From positions 145,115-209,114 of the forward strand of contig NW_005434651.1 of NCBI RefSeq assembly GCF_000315625.1: 64,000 nucleotides of DNA, written 5' to 3'. Positions 13,100-26,300 of this stretch are shown here, piece after piece (the first letter of the stretch is position 1; each line of letters begins with the position of its first letter). A model generated the notes under the pieces. That model was not told the DNA's origin and ran no database searches. It worked only from the letters and a program-made list of their open reading frames with translations. Made by a program: the position numbers and the translations under genes. The DNA comes from Guillardia theta CCMP2712. Taxonomy: Eukaryota > Protista > Cryptophyta.

Positions 13100-15374
13100 G
13101 GCGAGTCATCGTCAAGTTCCCATGTCATCCGGCATCTGCTCGTCACATAACAGTCAGTTCAAAGGCTTCGGGATGCAGCTGCGGACGCACTTGAAGCGAT
13201 AAGCTCGCACGCTGCTCTCGTCCTCCACGCCCCCCGTCTCGTCTATGACCCCCACCTCATCCCTCTTTCTGCTGGCCCGAAATTTCTCGTGCTCCTTCGC
13301 CTGGACGGCAGGAAATTAAGAATGCAGCCAAGACCCTCCTTCTGACACCCCACCTGCTCTATCGCTTCCTGTTCCTCCTTGGAGCCTGGCTCGCACCACT
13401 GGCATCGCCTGCATCTTCGAATGGCTGTAGCAGCAGCACGCCAGAAACACCGAGGGCATTCAAAGGGCCTCCTGCGTCGGGTGGGGTGAGGAACGCGAGC
13501 TTGTCAAGGGCAGTACCTGTCTGACACTTCGCTCTTGTTTCCTTCTTCAGCTTTCTTCTTCAGCTCGACCTCTTCGCGACTGCCTCGGATTGGTCTTGGC
13601 TCGGCCTGTGCAATGGTACGCTTCGCTGAAACGACAGGTCAGTGAGGCGGTTGAGACATACAGCAACATCTACATTGTTCTTCCAACTTTTTCTTCAGAG
13701 TGCTTGCAAACTCCTTCGACGGAACTGATTTGTTCGTATTTTCAACGCGAGTCTGTTCCTTCACGGAGTTGTCGTGAGAGTTTTCTCTATCCTCGTCGTG
13801 ATCTACACGTGGCCCCTGCTGTTCCTTTTTTTTCATAGTTTGGCTGTCGGGGATCTTTGAAATCGTTTCTTCGCTCTGGATTCGCTCTTCTTTTTGAGAG
13901 GGCTTCTTGTCCTCGACTGCAAACCTCACTCGGGCCTTCTCGTAACTGATCAACACCACCAGTCAATGCAAGCAACAGTCTGAAGGGATACATACGCTTT
14001 CTCTGTCCAACTCGACAGTGGGAGTGTCAAAGTCATGACCTTCTTCTTCTTGTCAAACACGGCATCCGCAGCATTGTCATCAATCTGCATGACCGTCACT
14101 GGGGAGTTTGACCACAACTCTCGAACCTTGTACGGGAGTTCACACAAGAATTCATACTTGTGCTCTACATCAAGTTGAACGCAATCGTTCGTGATGTTCA
14201 CGTCTACTTCTGCTGCATTTTCTACTCTCGGCATCTCCACTTTGAGTATCAGACTCTGAATCTCGTCATCGATGTCACGCCCTTCGTGATAGGCCAGCTG
14301 CCGCCCCTGGGATGTTTGTACGTATAATCTCTTCTCCGGGACCTCTATCCCTTTCTTCGCATCACTGACCATCGCATCCACGTAGCTCGGAACTTTTCCT
14401 TCGTTGTAGAACTTCGAACCTTGGAAGATGTCCGAGTAGTTAGCGTTCTCTGCAGCTGCCCGTGCTGCCGAATAATTGTTGAGATTCATCGCAGCTGAAC
14501 TCGAGTTGCTGCTCGAGCTTTCATCTGCACACGAGGATACACAAAGTCAGAGTGTCCTCAACATCTTAACAGTTGGACATGTACCTTTGTTCACCTCTTC
14601 TATGAGAGCATCTGCCCGCACGAATTGAATCACTGGAAACCTTCCCTTGTAGTTCCCCCGCACTTTGACTTCGTTCCATTTCTGGATGTCCAACCCTCCC
14701 CCTCCCTTCTCCATCACCCAGCCCATCCCAAGTCCCACAAGAAACTCTTTGAACTCCTTGGCGTGCAGGGCTTGCTCGATCACCTGGAAGTCGTTCATGC
14801 TCAGGTCATCCTCCAAGACTACTCTCCGCACCTCGTTGTTGAAGACGCAGTCGTACACAATGCATGGCTCCCCCGATTTATCCAAGTCATTGCCTGCGAC
14901 TAATCTCAGCCCTCCTGCTCTTCTATCGTGCGGCTGAGCTCACGTGCTGGACCCAAACTCAGAGGGATTCGAATCCTCTCCACGGAGGGATCGTTTGGAT
15001 CTGGTTCTCGGTTGAACGAGCGGACCTTAGGGGACCTGAGAGGGAGGTGAGCTGAGCAGCAGCAAGCAGCGATGATGAGAGCAGATGATAGGCATGAAAG
15101 GTGACCCGAAGGGGGAGAGGGGGGAAGGGCCTGAGAGAGCTTCTCACTTGCAGAAGTTGATGAAAACCTTTTCGTTGGTCTCCAGCGTCCTGGTCTTGAT
15201 CACAAACCCCGCCTCCGGGGTGATCATGATCCCCTGCTGGCCTCCTCCTGCTCCTCCTGCTCCTCCTCCTTTCCCACCCTCCTTCTGCATCTCCTCCATC
15301 CGCTTCCCCAGCGCCTCAACCTCCTCCCTCCATCGTCCTGCCTCCATGTCGGTTGCCCTCGAATTTGACCTCAT
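13100..15374 (-). CDS. PIH1-domain protein (kintoun/DNAAF2- or PIH1D1-like), spliced, with charged C-terminal tail
   Basis: PIH1-N motifs ITPEAGFVIKTR..EKVFINFC and DKSGEPCIVYDCVFN. CS-like domain LILKVEMPRVENAAEVDVNIT..YEFLCELPY..IDDNAADAVFDKKKKVMTLTLP. 3' end approximate. Confidence 0.8.
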
Positions 15375-15437
15375 CCCCACTCATTTTCAAATCATCGCCC
15401 ACATCCCCCCTGCACATACGATCAGGGCAAAGGGCGC

Positions 15438-18400
15438 CATGGGGCGCATGTCGCCGGTGCTGGGTATGCTGCTGCTGATAGCGTGCAGGGCGGACGGGAT
15501 GGGCGAGGAGGACGGGAAGACAGTCGTCCTGCCTTCCTCGTCGCATTCGAACCACCAGAGGGAGCTTCTCAAGGATCACAGGACGCGGCTGCACCGGCGG
15601 ATTGAAGGGAGGAGGGCGGTGGGGGTTGCCAAGTTTGAGGTTGGAGGCGAGCTTCGGAGGCAGGAGGATCGCAAGGGAGGCGTCCTCTCCTCGTTCGTAT
15701 CCCATCCGTCTCAGATCCTTGATCAGCGGTGCTGGTATGGCAGGCCTGCTGCTTGTTGTGAACGGCTGCAGCGGAAACCACCTGTTATAGCGCGTCCCCC
15801 TGTGCTGCGACAGTCCATCTTGAAGAGATTCAAGTTGTGTGCTCGAAGAGGATCAGAGGGCATGAAAGACGGCGACCTGGATGTATTGAATGAATCTCAC
15901 CCATAATTCCTCTAACCACGGGATTGCAGGATGTGTTAGAGGCGTTCGCTGTTGACATCGATGTGGGCAAAGGAGCACAGAATCAAGAAGGTGGCAGGAG
16001 TACCAGGCCCACGCGTGAGTTGATGAACAAGATTTCGTCGAAGACTTTCGATGTGGATGAGTTGAGTGAGGAAGAAATTGAAATGCTGGCAAGTGAAGAG
16101 GAGGAGAGACTGAACAGATTGATTGAGAATAAGGTGATTGATTTCCCCCTGTGTGCTCTTGCTCTTATGCTGTGTCTGATAGCCGCCCCCGATTCAAGAA
16201 ACGAAGCAAGATTTCAAGAAGAATGTCAGGCGTTTTGAAGGGCAATCAGTCGTTGTTGATGACATGTCCATGGGTTCTGAGACCGATATCTTTGCGCAAG
16301 CCAACTCTGAAGAAATGGAGGCGATCTGGAATGCCATCCAATCAGCGGTTAAGCAGGAGGAGGAGGAGGAGGAGGAGGAACAAGGAATCGAAGAGGAGGA
16401 GCCATACGTAGTCGAAGATGTCGATGCTGATTTGAAATATTCCAGCGGGGATTTGGATGCGGGAGACTTTATGAAATTACTTGAAGACGACCTTGACCAG
16501 TTGCAAGATGTCGAAACAGACGTCATTGACGTGAGCAGTCAAACAATCAGCCCTTCGACGACAGATGGGCCTGAGAAGAAGATGGCAGAACAAGATGGTC
16601 CATTCCTTCGAGGGAATGAGAAGTTCTCGACCGACGTGAATCTGCGAAAATTTGACGAATCAATGGAAGAGGAGAACTTTGCGCAAGATTTCGATTTTGA
16701 ATCGATGAAGGCTCTCGTGTCAGGCAAGCAGTCTCCTCCTGATGTAGAAGAATCAGATGCAGACGAGTCAGAGGAGCCTGATGGGACGACTGAATTCATA
16801 GACACCGGGGATATCCGAGACTCCTCCTTGGATCAAACCATCGTTCCCCGAGCCGACGGAGGGCCTCAGATCATCTCTGAGAACGAGTACGAGATAGAGA
16901 TTCAGAACGCATTCTTCCGACGGAAGATTCAAAAGTGGAAGAACAAGACAATGGCGGACGAGATGAGCATGAAATACTGGGGTCGAAAAGCTCCGGACTT
17001 CGTTCCTGCTGACCCAATGTCTCTATATGACGGTGACATGTCCGCCGACGAGGCGATAGGAAATCTGACGGAGGCTAGAGACTTGGCCATGGCCGCCATG
17101 GAGCAGTACGCAAACGACAGTTTCCTTTTCACAAACTTCATACAAGGGATGTACAATCTTCCGCCCCTGATCGAGATTGAGATCACGGACATGGCGAAAT
17201 ATGAAAACCTGACTCAGGAAATGAAGAAAGCGATTGATAACATGGAGTTTGATCGCGCCTTAGAGATTGAGGAGCAGATGAACGGAATGAAATATCGAGA
17301 AGTCCCTGATTGGGATCAGGATAAGGAAGACATGAAATGGTTCGAAGAGGGCGTTCAGAGGAAGAAAGGATTGAAATGGGACACAGATGAAGATTTCGTG
17401 GAGATCGTGGACAGGGAGCTAGAGGACCTTCTTGAGAAGATGGACAAGTTGGGGGAGTACTTCAACCCTGAGACGTATCAGATTGAGCAGGCTCGCATAC
17501 CATTCTCCGCAACCCCTGGTGCTCGCTTCGACCCCAAACTTGTGGGGAAGGGAATCGTCCTCTCCAACGACGGCAGGACAGCTACCCGCATGGAAGCAGG
17601 CAGGCCATCGTTCGCCCTCTTCTCTGCGGGCCAGGGGGGAGCGAAGGAGCCGGTGACAAGGTGGAGGATCAGGTGTGACAGGTCGATCAGCAACATCTTT
17701 GTCGGGGTTTTGAAGATCCCCTTCGCCCCTACTGAGGGGGTTGCTTCTCTGTTGGCTACCCCAGCATGGTTCATCAACTCGGTGGGACTAGCGTATAGAA
17801 TGGGCCCCTCACAAAAGGAGGACGAGTACGAGGTCATCGACAAGGAGAACATGACGTTCCGCGATGAGAGCACGAGGGTGTGGGAGGAAGGGTTCAGGTT
17901 CAACCCTTCTTACAGGAAGGAAGGGTGCGAGATGATTGTCGATCCACTGACTGGAGATATCTCCTGGTTTGAGGCGGATGAAGTGACCAAGTTGGCGGAG
18001 GCCGGGGCCGGCGATGAAGGGATCGCTGACTGGGCGGAGCTGCAGGCCACCTGGCTGCTGACCACCTATGGTCGAGAGAAGGTGGAGGTGGATCTCTTCC
18101 GATGGCTGCAGATCGAGAAGAGGAGGATGAAGAACGAGACTTGGATCGACACATTTAATCGATCCGTTGACGACGGTGAGATGCCCTGCTGCTCTCTCCT
18201 TGAGCCATCCCTCCCTCCTCCACCAACATCACCTCCTTCTCGTTCTCCTCCTCTTTCCCTCTTCCTTCTTCTCGTTCTCGTTTCGCTCCTCCTCCTCCTC
18301 CTCCTCCTCCTCCTCCTCCTCCTCCTCCTCCTCTTTCCTTCTGTCTCCTTCGCTCTCCTCCTTTTCCTCATTATCTCTTTGCAGGATTTTGGGATGTCCT

Positions 18401-19603
18401 GGTCAAAGAGGTTCCTGAGCCGGATTATGAGGCACTTGGGTACAAGAACTACACAGCCGAAGAGGTGATCGAGGGGTACGCAGAGAGACTGCAGGTGATG
18501 CAGAGAAGAGAGCTGATCTATGTCAAGTCGAGTCTGCTGTTCGGCTTTGCTCTTGCTCGGTTGTAGGCCTTACCTTGACTGCCACTTGCTACAGGAAATG
18601 GCACTCGAGCACGCAAGAAGGCTAGGAATTCCTGAAGACTACTGCTACCCACAGGAACCCTGTCAAACTCTCATCCAAGAGAATGACTTTCGATGCAGAA
18701 AGAACTGTTCCGCCGTGAAATACTCGCAAACCTTGACATCCTCAAGTTCGGAGATCTCTGCCACATGGTCTTGCTCCTCCCCTCCTCCCATGCTTCCTAC
18801 TCTCTTGATCCTGCCGCTCCCTCCCCCCCCATCCTCCCTCTGCCACACCTTGACCGAGGGTTTTACTCAGGAGCTGCTGACTGATGGAAAACCAGCTGAA
18901 GTAAGGATGGAGTTCAACAGGGCAGAGAGGTAGGAGGAAGAGGAGGAGGAGGAGGAGGAGGAGCATAAGACGACTAACGCTGGTCCACCTTCAGGACTCT
19001 TCACTTTCGAATAGACAACCGGCCTGACTCTTTCCTCTTCCGCAACGTGGATGCTGATGGTGAACCTGTCTTTGTTCTTCTGCATCTTTTATCTTCTCTG
19101 TTCCAATCCCTCACCATCTCTCCCAGCTGTTCCTTTCATCAACCTGTTCGCATGCGGTGACGGCGTCACTTTGCTCGAAGATTGATTTCGAGCCTCCGCT
19201 CAAATGCTTCAAATTCACCGTTACGATTCAAATGGATTTGATCAAATTTCGGACGGTCAAGGCGGCACAACCTCAAACTTTGGCTCCATTCGTCGAGGGG
19301 GTCCAAGAGGAGTGAAACCTGTGGACCTCGTTGCCGAGATACTGCAAAGGAGCGCAGGTCAGAAAAGGTAAACTCATAAACAGACTCGCCGACCTGACGG
19401 AGGGCAACACAACTCTCCATGGAGATGGCGGGGATACCTCTCTTGGCGCTGAGAGGGATGTCAATGTACTTGAAACAGCAAGGTTGTCACACCATAATCT
19501 CTGAAACTCTGAGTATGAGGACGACGAAGCCAGCAGCACGCAGGAGATGAATGGGACGCAGGCTCCTCGGATGATGGAGATTGCTGAATCAGAATGCGTC
19601 TGA
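15438..19603 (+). CDS. Large acidic protein with signal peptide and SPRY/B30.2-like domain, spliced
   Basis: MGRMSPVLGMLLLIACRADG signal-like start. Long exon from about 16200 to 18175 contains FDPKLVGKGIVLSNDGRTATR..RWRIRCD..NIFVGVL (SPRY-like). Confidence 0.6.
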
Positions 19604-19672
19604 GAAATTTCCTCCAGTCCCAACGGTAGCCACTGCACAACCCGTCATTGTAGTCAAATTCCCAGCACAAAG

Positions 19673-22600
19673 TCAACAGTTAGTCATTTTTACCTCTGGG
19701 GGCAGGATCACAGGCGTGTAGGATAATATCATATCGTTGTCAACGTTGACATGGAACTTGTTGATGCTCACGGACTTCCCTTCTTGCAGACACTTCTTCA
19801 ACTTGCGGAGTGGTTGCGACCATTTCCGCCTGAAAGAGAAACGATCGTCACAATCAAGACAGTGATGTAACAAAAACAGTGAAAGTGAGTTCCAACAGAG
19901 CAAGTCAAGCACAAAATCGTCAAGGGATTTCTCAGCCTCACTGGAGGTCAACGAAGTAGCTCGAGCCCCTTGGTGCGTTGCTGGAAGAAGACTTCACCCT
20001 GGAGACAGAGCTGGGGACACGGGAGATCCTTGTTTCATGAGCTGAAACGTGAGGGCTGGAAGTGAACATGGGCGTGTCTTTGGCAGACTCGTTGAACTTT
20101 GAGAGGAGAGAGATTGGTTGGTGGGAGGCGTTCAGGCTGTCAGTCGTTGTCTTCATGCTCATCTTCTGCTCCTGCCGACATGTCACCTTCCAAACTTCCT
20201 CGTTGACATGCTGAACCAGCTCGGTGAAAGGAGAGCTGAGCAGCTGCGGCAAGTCCGCAGCGAACTCCTTGTAGAGGTCCGCAGCATGCAAGGGCATCGA
20301 GCCTGGAGCAGGCTGAGACATTGAAGCAGACATAGGGAATCGGCTGACCTGACATGCCATGGAGCGACTCGCCGTTCTCGGGGTAACAAGTGGGATCAGC
20401 TGCATAGACGCGCCAGTGGACGAAGACAGCGCGGACGACTGAAGAAAGTTGGCGGTTGAGGAGAAGTCTGATGGACTCCACCCAGGCCTGCCAACCAGAG
20501 ATGGAGGAGCGAAGGAGGATGGAGAAGTGAGACTCTTGCCGGGACGTGACTATCTCCTCTGCTCGCACATGTCAGGTTCACACGGAGCAAGTGGACAAGA
20601 GACCGATGTGCTTCCTCCTCTTGAAGCCTCGGCACCAGAGCTTCCACCATGCCCTAAGCTTCACCTGGTCTCTGCTCTGAGAGGAGGAGGTGAGTAGAGA
20701 CTCGATGAAGGAGGCTTGCCAGGTTCGCATCAACCAGATCTTGAAAGTGAGATGAACCTTGGAGAGCAGCAGTTTGTTGAAGAAGCAGGAGATGGTCTTG
20801 ACAATGAAACTTCGACGTGCTCTCACAGAAAGCCATTCATGCAAGGAAGTTTGCACGAGGCTTTGATGTTGAAGTTGATGATGCTTCAGTCGCTTTGCCT
20901 CCTCCCGCCTTCGGCTCTGGTTCCCCATGACGTGTATCCTCATCTCAAACCAAACCTTCTGGTAGACTTGCACCTCTTGCCAGAACTTGATCTTGGCTTC
21001 GATCAAGTCCACGTGCGAGGACCGATGAGTCTCCCGCATCCAGGCATGGAGATGCGACTTGAGAATCGACTTGGTACAGGAGAAGATAGTCCTCAAAGTT
21101 CGCTTCCTCTGCTGATTGGAGCTGACCGTCTCCGCCCTCCACATGTCAAAGTTTGACCGCAGGGAGGAGTTGGAAAGCTTGCTCGAGAGCACGAGCTGGA
21201 ACTTCTTCAACCTGCTTTTCACCAGCAGGAGAAACCTCCACCCCTCGTAGAATTGCCTCGTCTGTGACTTAGTCTTTCTCTGCGTCAGCTTGCAGATGAT
21301 CCTCCTGCACTTGATGTTGTTGGCCGTCGAGATGTTCCAGGCATCAAACGCGCTCTTCACCGTGATATTCAGCCACTTCTTGAGGAAAACGATTGAGCGG
21401 GAGTGCAGGGAGTTAGAAACCTTCGCCTCCTGTACGTGCTCAACCCACATGTCGAACAACTTCGCCATGTTCCCCTTCACCCACTTGCGGACGATCTGCC
21501 TGACCTTCTCGAGTGACTGAGTCATCTGGTGGAATTGAGTCCAGGTGGAGAAGCAGAAGCTGAGGCTCATCCTGGAGAAGACCGTTGAGACCACCACGCT
21601 TCTTTTCAGGAGATCTTTCCTCATCCTCACGGCGTCTCGCCATAGAGGAAAGAAGTTGATGATGCCGGATGACAGCGCTTTCAATCTCGACTTCACTCCT
21701 CTCTGCAAGACTTTGAAGATCTTCCTCGAAAGACACAAGGCTACCCATCTCTTCAACACCTTCTGCTCTACCAGTTTGTCCTTCATTGTAGCAAATACCA
21801 TCGCACTCCGCTTGGCCCGAACCTTGATTAGGAGACGAGCTTTCCATGAGGAGAAATTCTCCACCAACCCCTTTCGTGCCTTGCTGGTTGTGAATAATCT
21901 GACCCTCTTCTGCTTCACAAGAATCCATTTCCAACCAAAGAAACACTCTTCGAAGTTTCTTGTCAGGAGGTACCTGATTGTCTCCATGACTTTCTGCTCT
22001 CTCCTGTTCTTTCCTGTGGATCGCCTCGCATGATCTCTGATCTTTACAAAGCACGTCATCTGCCTTCTTTTCGCCGTCAGCTTCTCCCGCCTCACTAACA
22101 TCCTCTCGATCGCCCAGTGATGGAAGGCAAACGACATGGCAGCGAGATTGGCGGATTTCCACATTTCCACAAAGCGAAGTTTGTAGAACTGAAGAAAGGT
22201 TTCGTGAGGAGAAGCGAATGTAGACAGTCAAGGATACGAACTTTGCTCAGGAGAGCCTCTCGGCCCCAGAAGTGGAAGAAGAGTCTGGATCTTCTCAACA
22301 ACCTGCGATGTATCGATGCTTTGACCCTCTTCGAGATTGTTTTGATTCGGTGGATTTGATTCCTATCAAAGAGCCGTCAAACTGAGAGACCTGACGCACA
22401 CAAGCACGTACCAGCAAATCCAGAAAGCTTCGAACCCCTTCTGCTTCATCATACGATCCAAAACTTTGATCTTGTACATGGAGACGTATCGTCTCTTCCT
22501 CCTTCTGAAATCTGCCTTCAACTTCCAACTGCACTAGATGCTCAGATATCCTAAACAAGACCGTGCAAGCTCACTCACCGCAAGAGATGAAACCTCAAGT

Positions 22601-23240
22601 TCATGACCTTCTGTCTTCGAAGCAGAGCTTTCTTCAACTTATGAACCTCAAACGATTTCCGGTGGCTAGCAGCTTCGACGCTGCTCAGGTTCTCGCTAAG
22701 TTCTTGAAGTGCCAGGTCGTTCTCAGCTCGAAGAGTTTGCAAGTTCCTCTCGAACCCGTCGCTTGCATCCTTGAGAGCGTGCTGCAACCGACTGATCTCC
22801 ATGATTGACTCCATGTGGTTCCTGTTGCTGATCCGCTCGTTCTCCTGAACCTCCTTCACTTCTTGCCGGGCTGACTTGGCAGCGATCGACAGATTCCGCA
22901 CTTGCTCCCTTAGCTCTTCACCCTCCTGCTGCAGTCGACTGATCTCCTCTATCGCCACGTCCCGTTCAAGCTCGAGGTCCTTCATCCTAGCGCCCAACCT
23001 CTCGATCTCCTTTTGCCGCACATTCGTCATGCCCTCTGCTGCCAGGTCCATCCTCCTCAATATTGACGAGAGCGGGTCCCCGTCTTCATCGTCTCCTCCT
23101 CCTCCTCCTCCTCCTCCTCCTCCTCCTCCTCCTCCTCCTCCTCCTCCTCCTCCTCCTCCTCCTCCTCCTCCTCCTCCCCCTCTTCCCCCTCGCCCTCCTC
23201 CCTCCCTCCCGTCGAACGGCTCTGGGATCCTCCAAATCGC
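19673..23240 (-). CDS. Sfi1-like (centrin-binding repeat) protein with N-terminal coiled coil, spliced
   Basis: Basic helical protein with regularly spaced F-x-x-W-(K/R) units (FFGWKW, FSSWKA, FPLWRD, FSTWTQ, FDMWVE, FDAWNI, FDMWRA, FKIWLM). Coiled-coil exon at 22575-23060. Confidence 0.7.
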
Positions 23241-23269
23241 CATTGCCGTCGCCGTTATTCCGCACTTGA

Positions 23270-23345
23270 CGTTTTTTTTAAACAAAGAAAACAAAGTAAA
23301 AAAACAAAAAGTTCGAACTCTTCCCGTAAAAGTAAAAAAGAGCTT
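23270..23345. promoter_or_regulatory. A/T-tract element in the short spacer between divergent genes (candidate bidirectional promoter)
   Basis: T8 followed by several A-runs in otherwise GC-rich DNA, lying between the starts of the Sfi1-like and PDZ/C2 genes. Confidence 0.35.
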
Positions 23346-23360
23346 GACTTGCGGAGGTAC

Positions 23361-26300
23361 GATGGCGGATAGGAACGCACGCTACGCTCGAGATCAACGG
23401 CATGAGGGAGAGCATCTGGGGCATGCGAGAGATTCTTGACCTGATACGCGTCCTACCTCGAACTCCCCTGCTCCTTCCTCCTCCTCCCTCCTCCCTCCTT
23501 CCTCCTCTTCCTCCTCTTCCTGTTTTGCGTCTCGTCAAATCTCAGTTCAAATTTTGACCTGCCGTGCTCGCAGAACAGGGAGAGCGGCCGATCGCATGCA
23601 CGCGAGAGCGTCGCCTCGAGAGAGGCTGGTGAGCGAAGGGCTCGACCGAGTTGTCGACAGTCTGCATGACAGCGGGAGCTCATTGCGGAGGATGCGAGAA
23701 GTTCCGGGCCCGTCAAACTTCGTCAATTTGTTGAGATCTTACGTACAAGGACATTTGAATTGTGTTGTACTTGCTGAGATCTTGAACAGACAAATGGAAC
23801 TCATCATAACGATGACGACGACGATGATGACGACGTCGATCGTGATGTTTCAGCAGCAAGGCATCGAATCGACTTCGACTCAGGTCCTGTTGCCGGATCA
23901 TAATTCAACTTGCTGACCTTCGCTGCGTTTGGTCATACAGCTATCTTTCGCTCGAACGATCCTGTTCGAAAGGTAGTCGGGTGGGATGAAGAGCAGACGA
24001 GCTGACAAGTGACAGGAGGAGAACAAATCGATTGAATCTTCTTCTCAAAAAGCAAACGTCAATCCGGAAGGTGCTTTCAGTGCGGTAGACGACGACAGTT
24101 TTCACATCTACAACAAGGTGACTCGCCTCCCCTGTCTTGCTCCCAGGGCCTGAGGGACTTCCAGTACATGCAACATCATCGTAGCAATCGGTCGAAATTC
24201 TCCCCTCCCAGTCCGGTTGGCAGCGACATGTCTCGAACTCCCCAAAGAAAGTTCTCTCCTACCTCACAGGAAACTTCCCTGCACTCTCAACCAGCAAGAC
24301 CAACCTCCTTCCTCGCCAGCTCTGACAGAGACACGGACTCGGCAGACGCCATGAGGAGCGCGGTGCCTGCTGGAGCTCGGGACCCTGATCCCGTCGTCTA
24401 CTTCGGCGTCGGCATCAGGCTGGAGAGCAAGAGAGGAGGAGCAGGGCAGAGCAGGAAGATTGTGATTGCTGACATCGTCCCTGGGGGACCGGCATCGAGT
24501 GTGCAGGACAAGGCAAATGAATCTCATCCTCTGCCTGCTCCTCTTCCTCCTCTTGCTTGCGACGTCTCTAGACCCTTCCTCCTCCCACCTGCCTCTCCTC
24601 CTCCCTCTCTCCCTGCTCCTCCTTTGTTGAGATGGAGGTCCTTGGGCGGTTTCCCTTACTCAGTGCCAACCAGGTGACGGGCAGGAAGGCTCTGAATGTA
24701 GGGGACGAGATCCTAGAAGTCGACGGGCACAAGGCAAGTCCATGAGCGGATCGAGAAGTTTGTGAGTCACGAGGGCAGGCGGATGGGAGGAGCAAGGAGG
24801 AGATTCAAGCGCTGCTGGCCGGAGGGAGGGAGGAGACTGCCAGGCTCTTCGTGCGGAGGAGAGAGGACGGGAGGGTTCGGGAGGTGACGATCAGGAGAGG
24901 GCTCACGAGTCTGAAAAAGGAGAGGAGCCCCTCCAGGGACGCCACGCTCGAGCTCAACGACCTCGTTGACTCCGATCGATCCGTCACAGGAAGAGGAGCG
25001 AAGAATAAGGAGGAGGCGAGCGAGAGCTGGAGGGGAGCAGGAGCGGCTGACGGAGGAGGAGGAGGAGGAGGACTCTCCTCCGTGGTGATGGAGGACTCGG
25101 AGATGGAGTCGCGATGGCGGAGGCTGCAGGAGAGCAGGTCGAAGCTCGAGGAGGAGATGCGCTCGAACCAACGGGATCGCCCTGCACACCTAGAGGCCAG
25201 CAGCAGCCTCTTCCATCTCCCGGATCGGCGATCTCCCGAGGAGAGGACAAGCAGGTCGTTAGCTGGAGAAGAACTGGCCTCGCCGAGGAGGATCGCAGCC
25301 CCTTGGGAGCAAGGTATACTTGCTCTCATGGCCCGTGTCTCCATAACCTGCCCAGCAGGCCAACAGCTGGCCAACAGGGCTGAGCCTCCGAGCAGGCGCT
25401 TCCTCGACTTCTTCGATGCCAAGAAGTCGCAAGGAGAAGCAGAGGACTCTAGAGACCTCTCCTCGCCCAGCAGGAGACTAGCAGAAGAGGACAGGCAGAC
25501 TGTGCGTATAAAGGTTGAGCTTCCAATATCTCCCTCCTCCTCTTCCTCCTCCTCTCGTCTTTCTCAGCTCCTTCTCACACACTTCCCCTGCCCTGCTCTG
25601 CTCTGATCTGACGCCAGGAGGACCTGTCCACGGCGAACTTGTCTCCGATCGCCGCCAAGGGAGAGGACGAGAGGCATTTTTCCCTCTTTCCCTCCTCTCG
25701 TGCTCATTTCTCCGCTCAGGTCAAGCGCATCCCTCCTGACCTCCCAAGATGAATTCCCCTGGTCGTCGCCACTGCGAGAGCTGAAGATGACGAGCAAGGC
25801 AGTACCTGATCACGGCATGTACTCTCCTCGGAGGAGGGAGGAGGAGACAGGGAGGAGGAGGAGAGAGGAGGAGAAGATTGAGAACGAGGAGGAGGAGAAG
25901 TCCATTGCAGACTTGAGGATGAAGAACTTCGACCTCTTCTCTCGGTCAGCAGCTACCCCAGCAAAGCTCAGCAGCCCGAGACAGGAAGCTGCGAGGGAGC
26001 AGAGGGGAGGGAGGCGAGAGGAGAGGAGGGAGAGCGAGAGGAGGAGGAGGCAGAGTTCCTCCACCCTCCTCCTCACCCTGGATCGAGACTTCGATCGCAC
26101 TTGCTCCACCGCAAGCAGCATGCAGTCCTTCAAGGACGCACTCGTGCGGGACTGCGCGGAGTCTTTGCAGGTGGCACAGCGGCAGGTGGAGGTGATCAGC
26201 GTGGAACGAGGGTCCATCCTAGTCAAGCTCCTCCTCCTCTCCGACCTGCTGGGGGATGAGCTGGAAGGTTCGCTCACAAACGGCAGGAAGAGGACGAGCG

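Noticed and set aside
13100-23240. Ciliary/basal-body gene cluster (PIH1 + Sfi1-like)
   Set aside because: Two genes separated by an unrelated one; such proximity is expected by chance in a flagellate genome.
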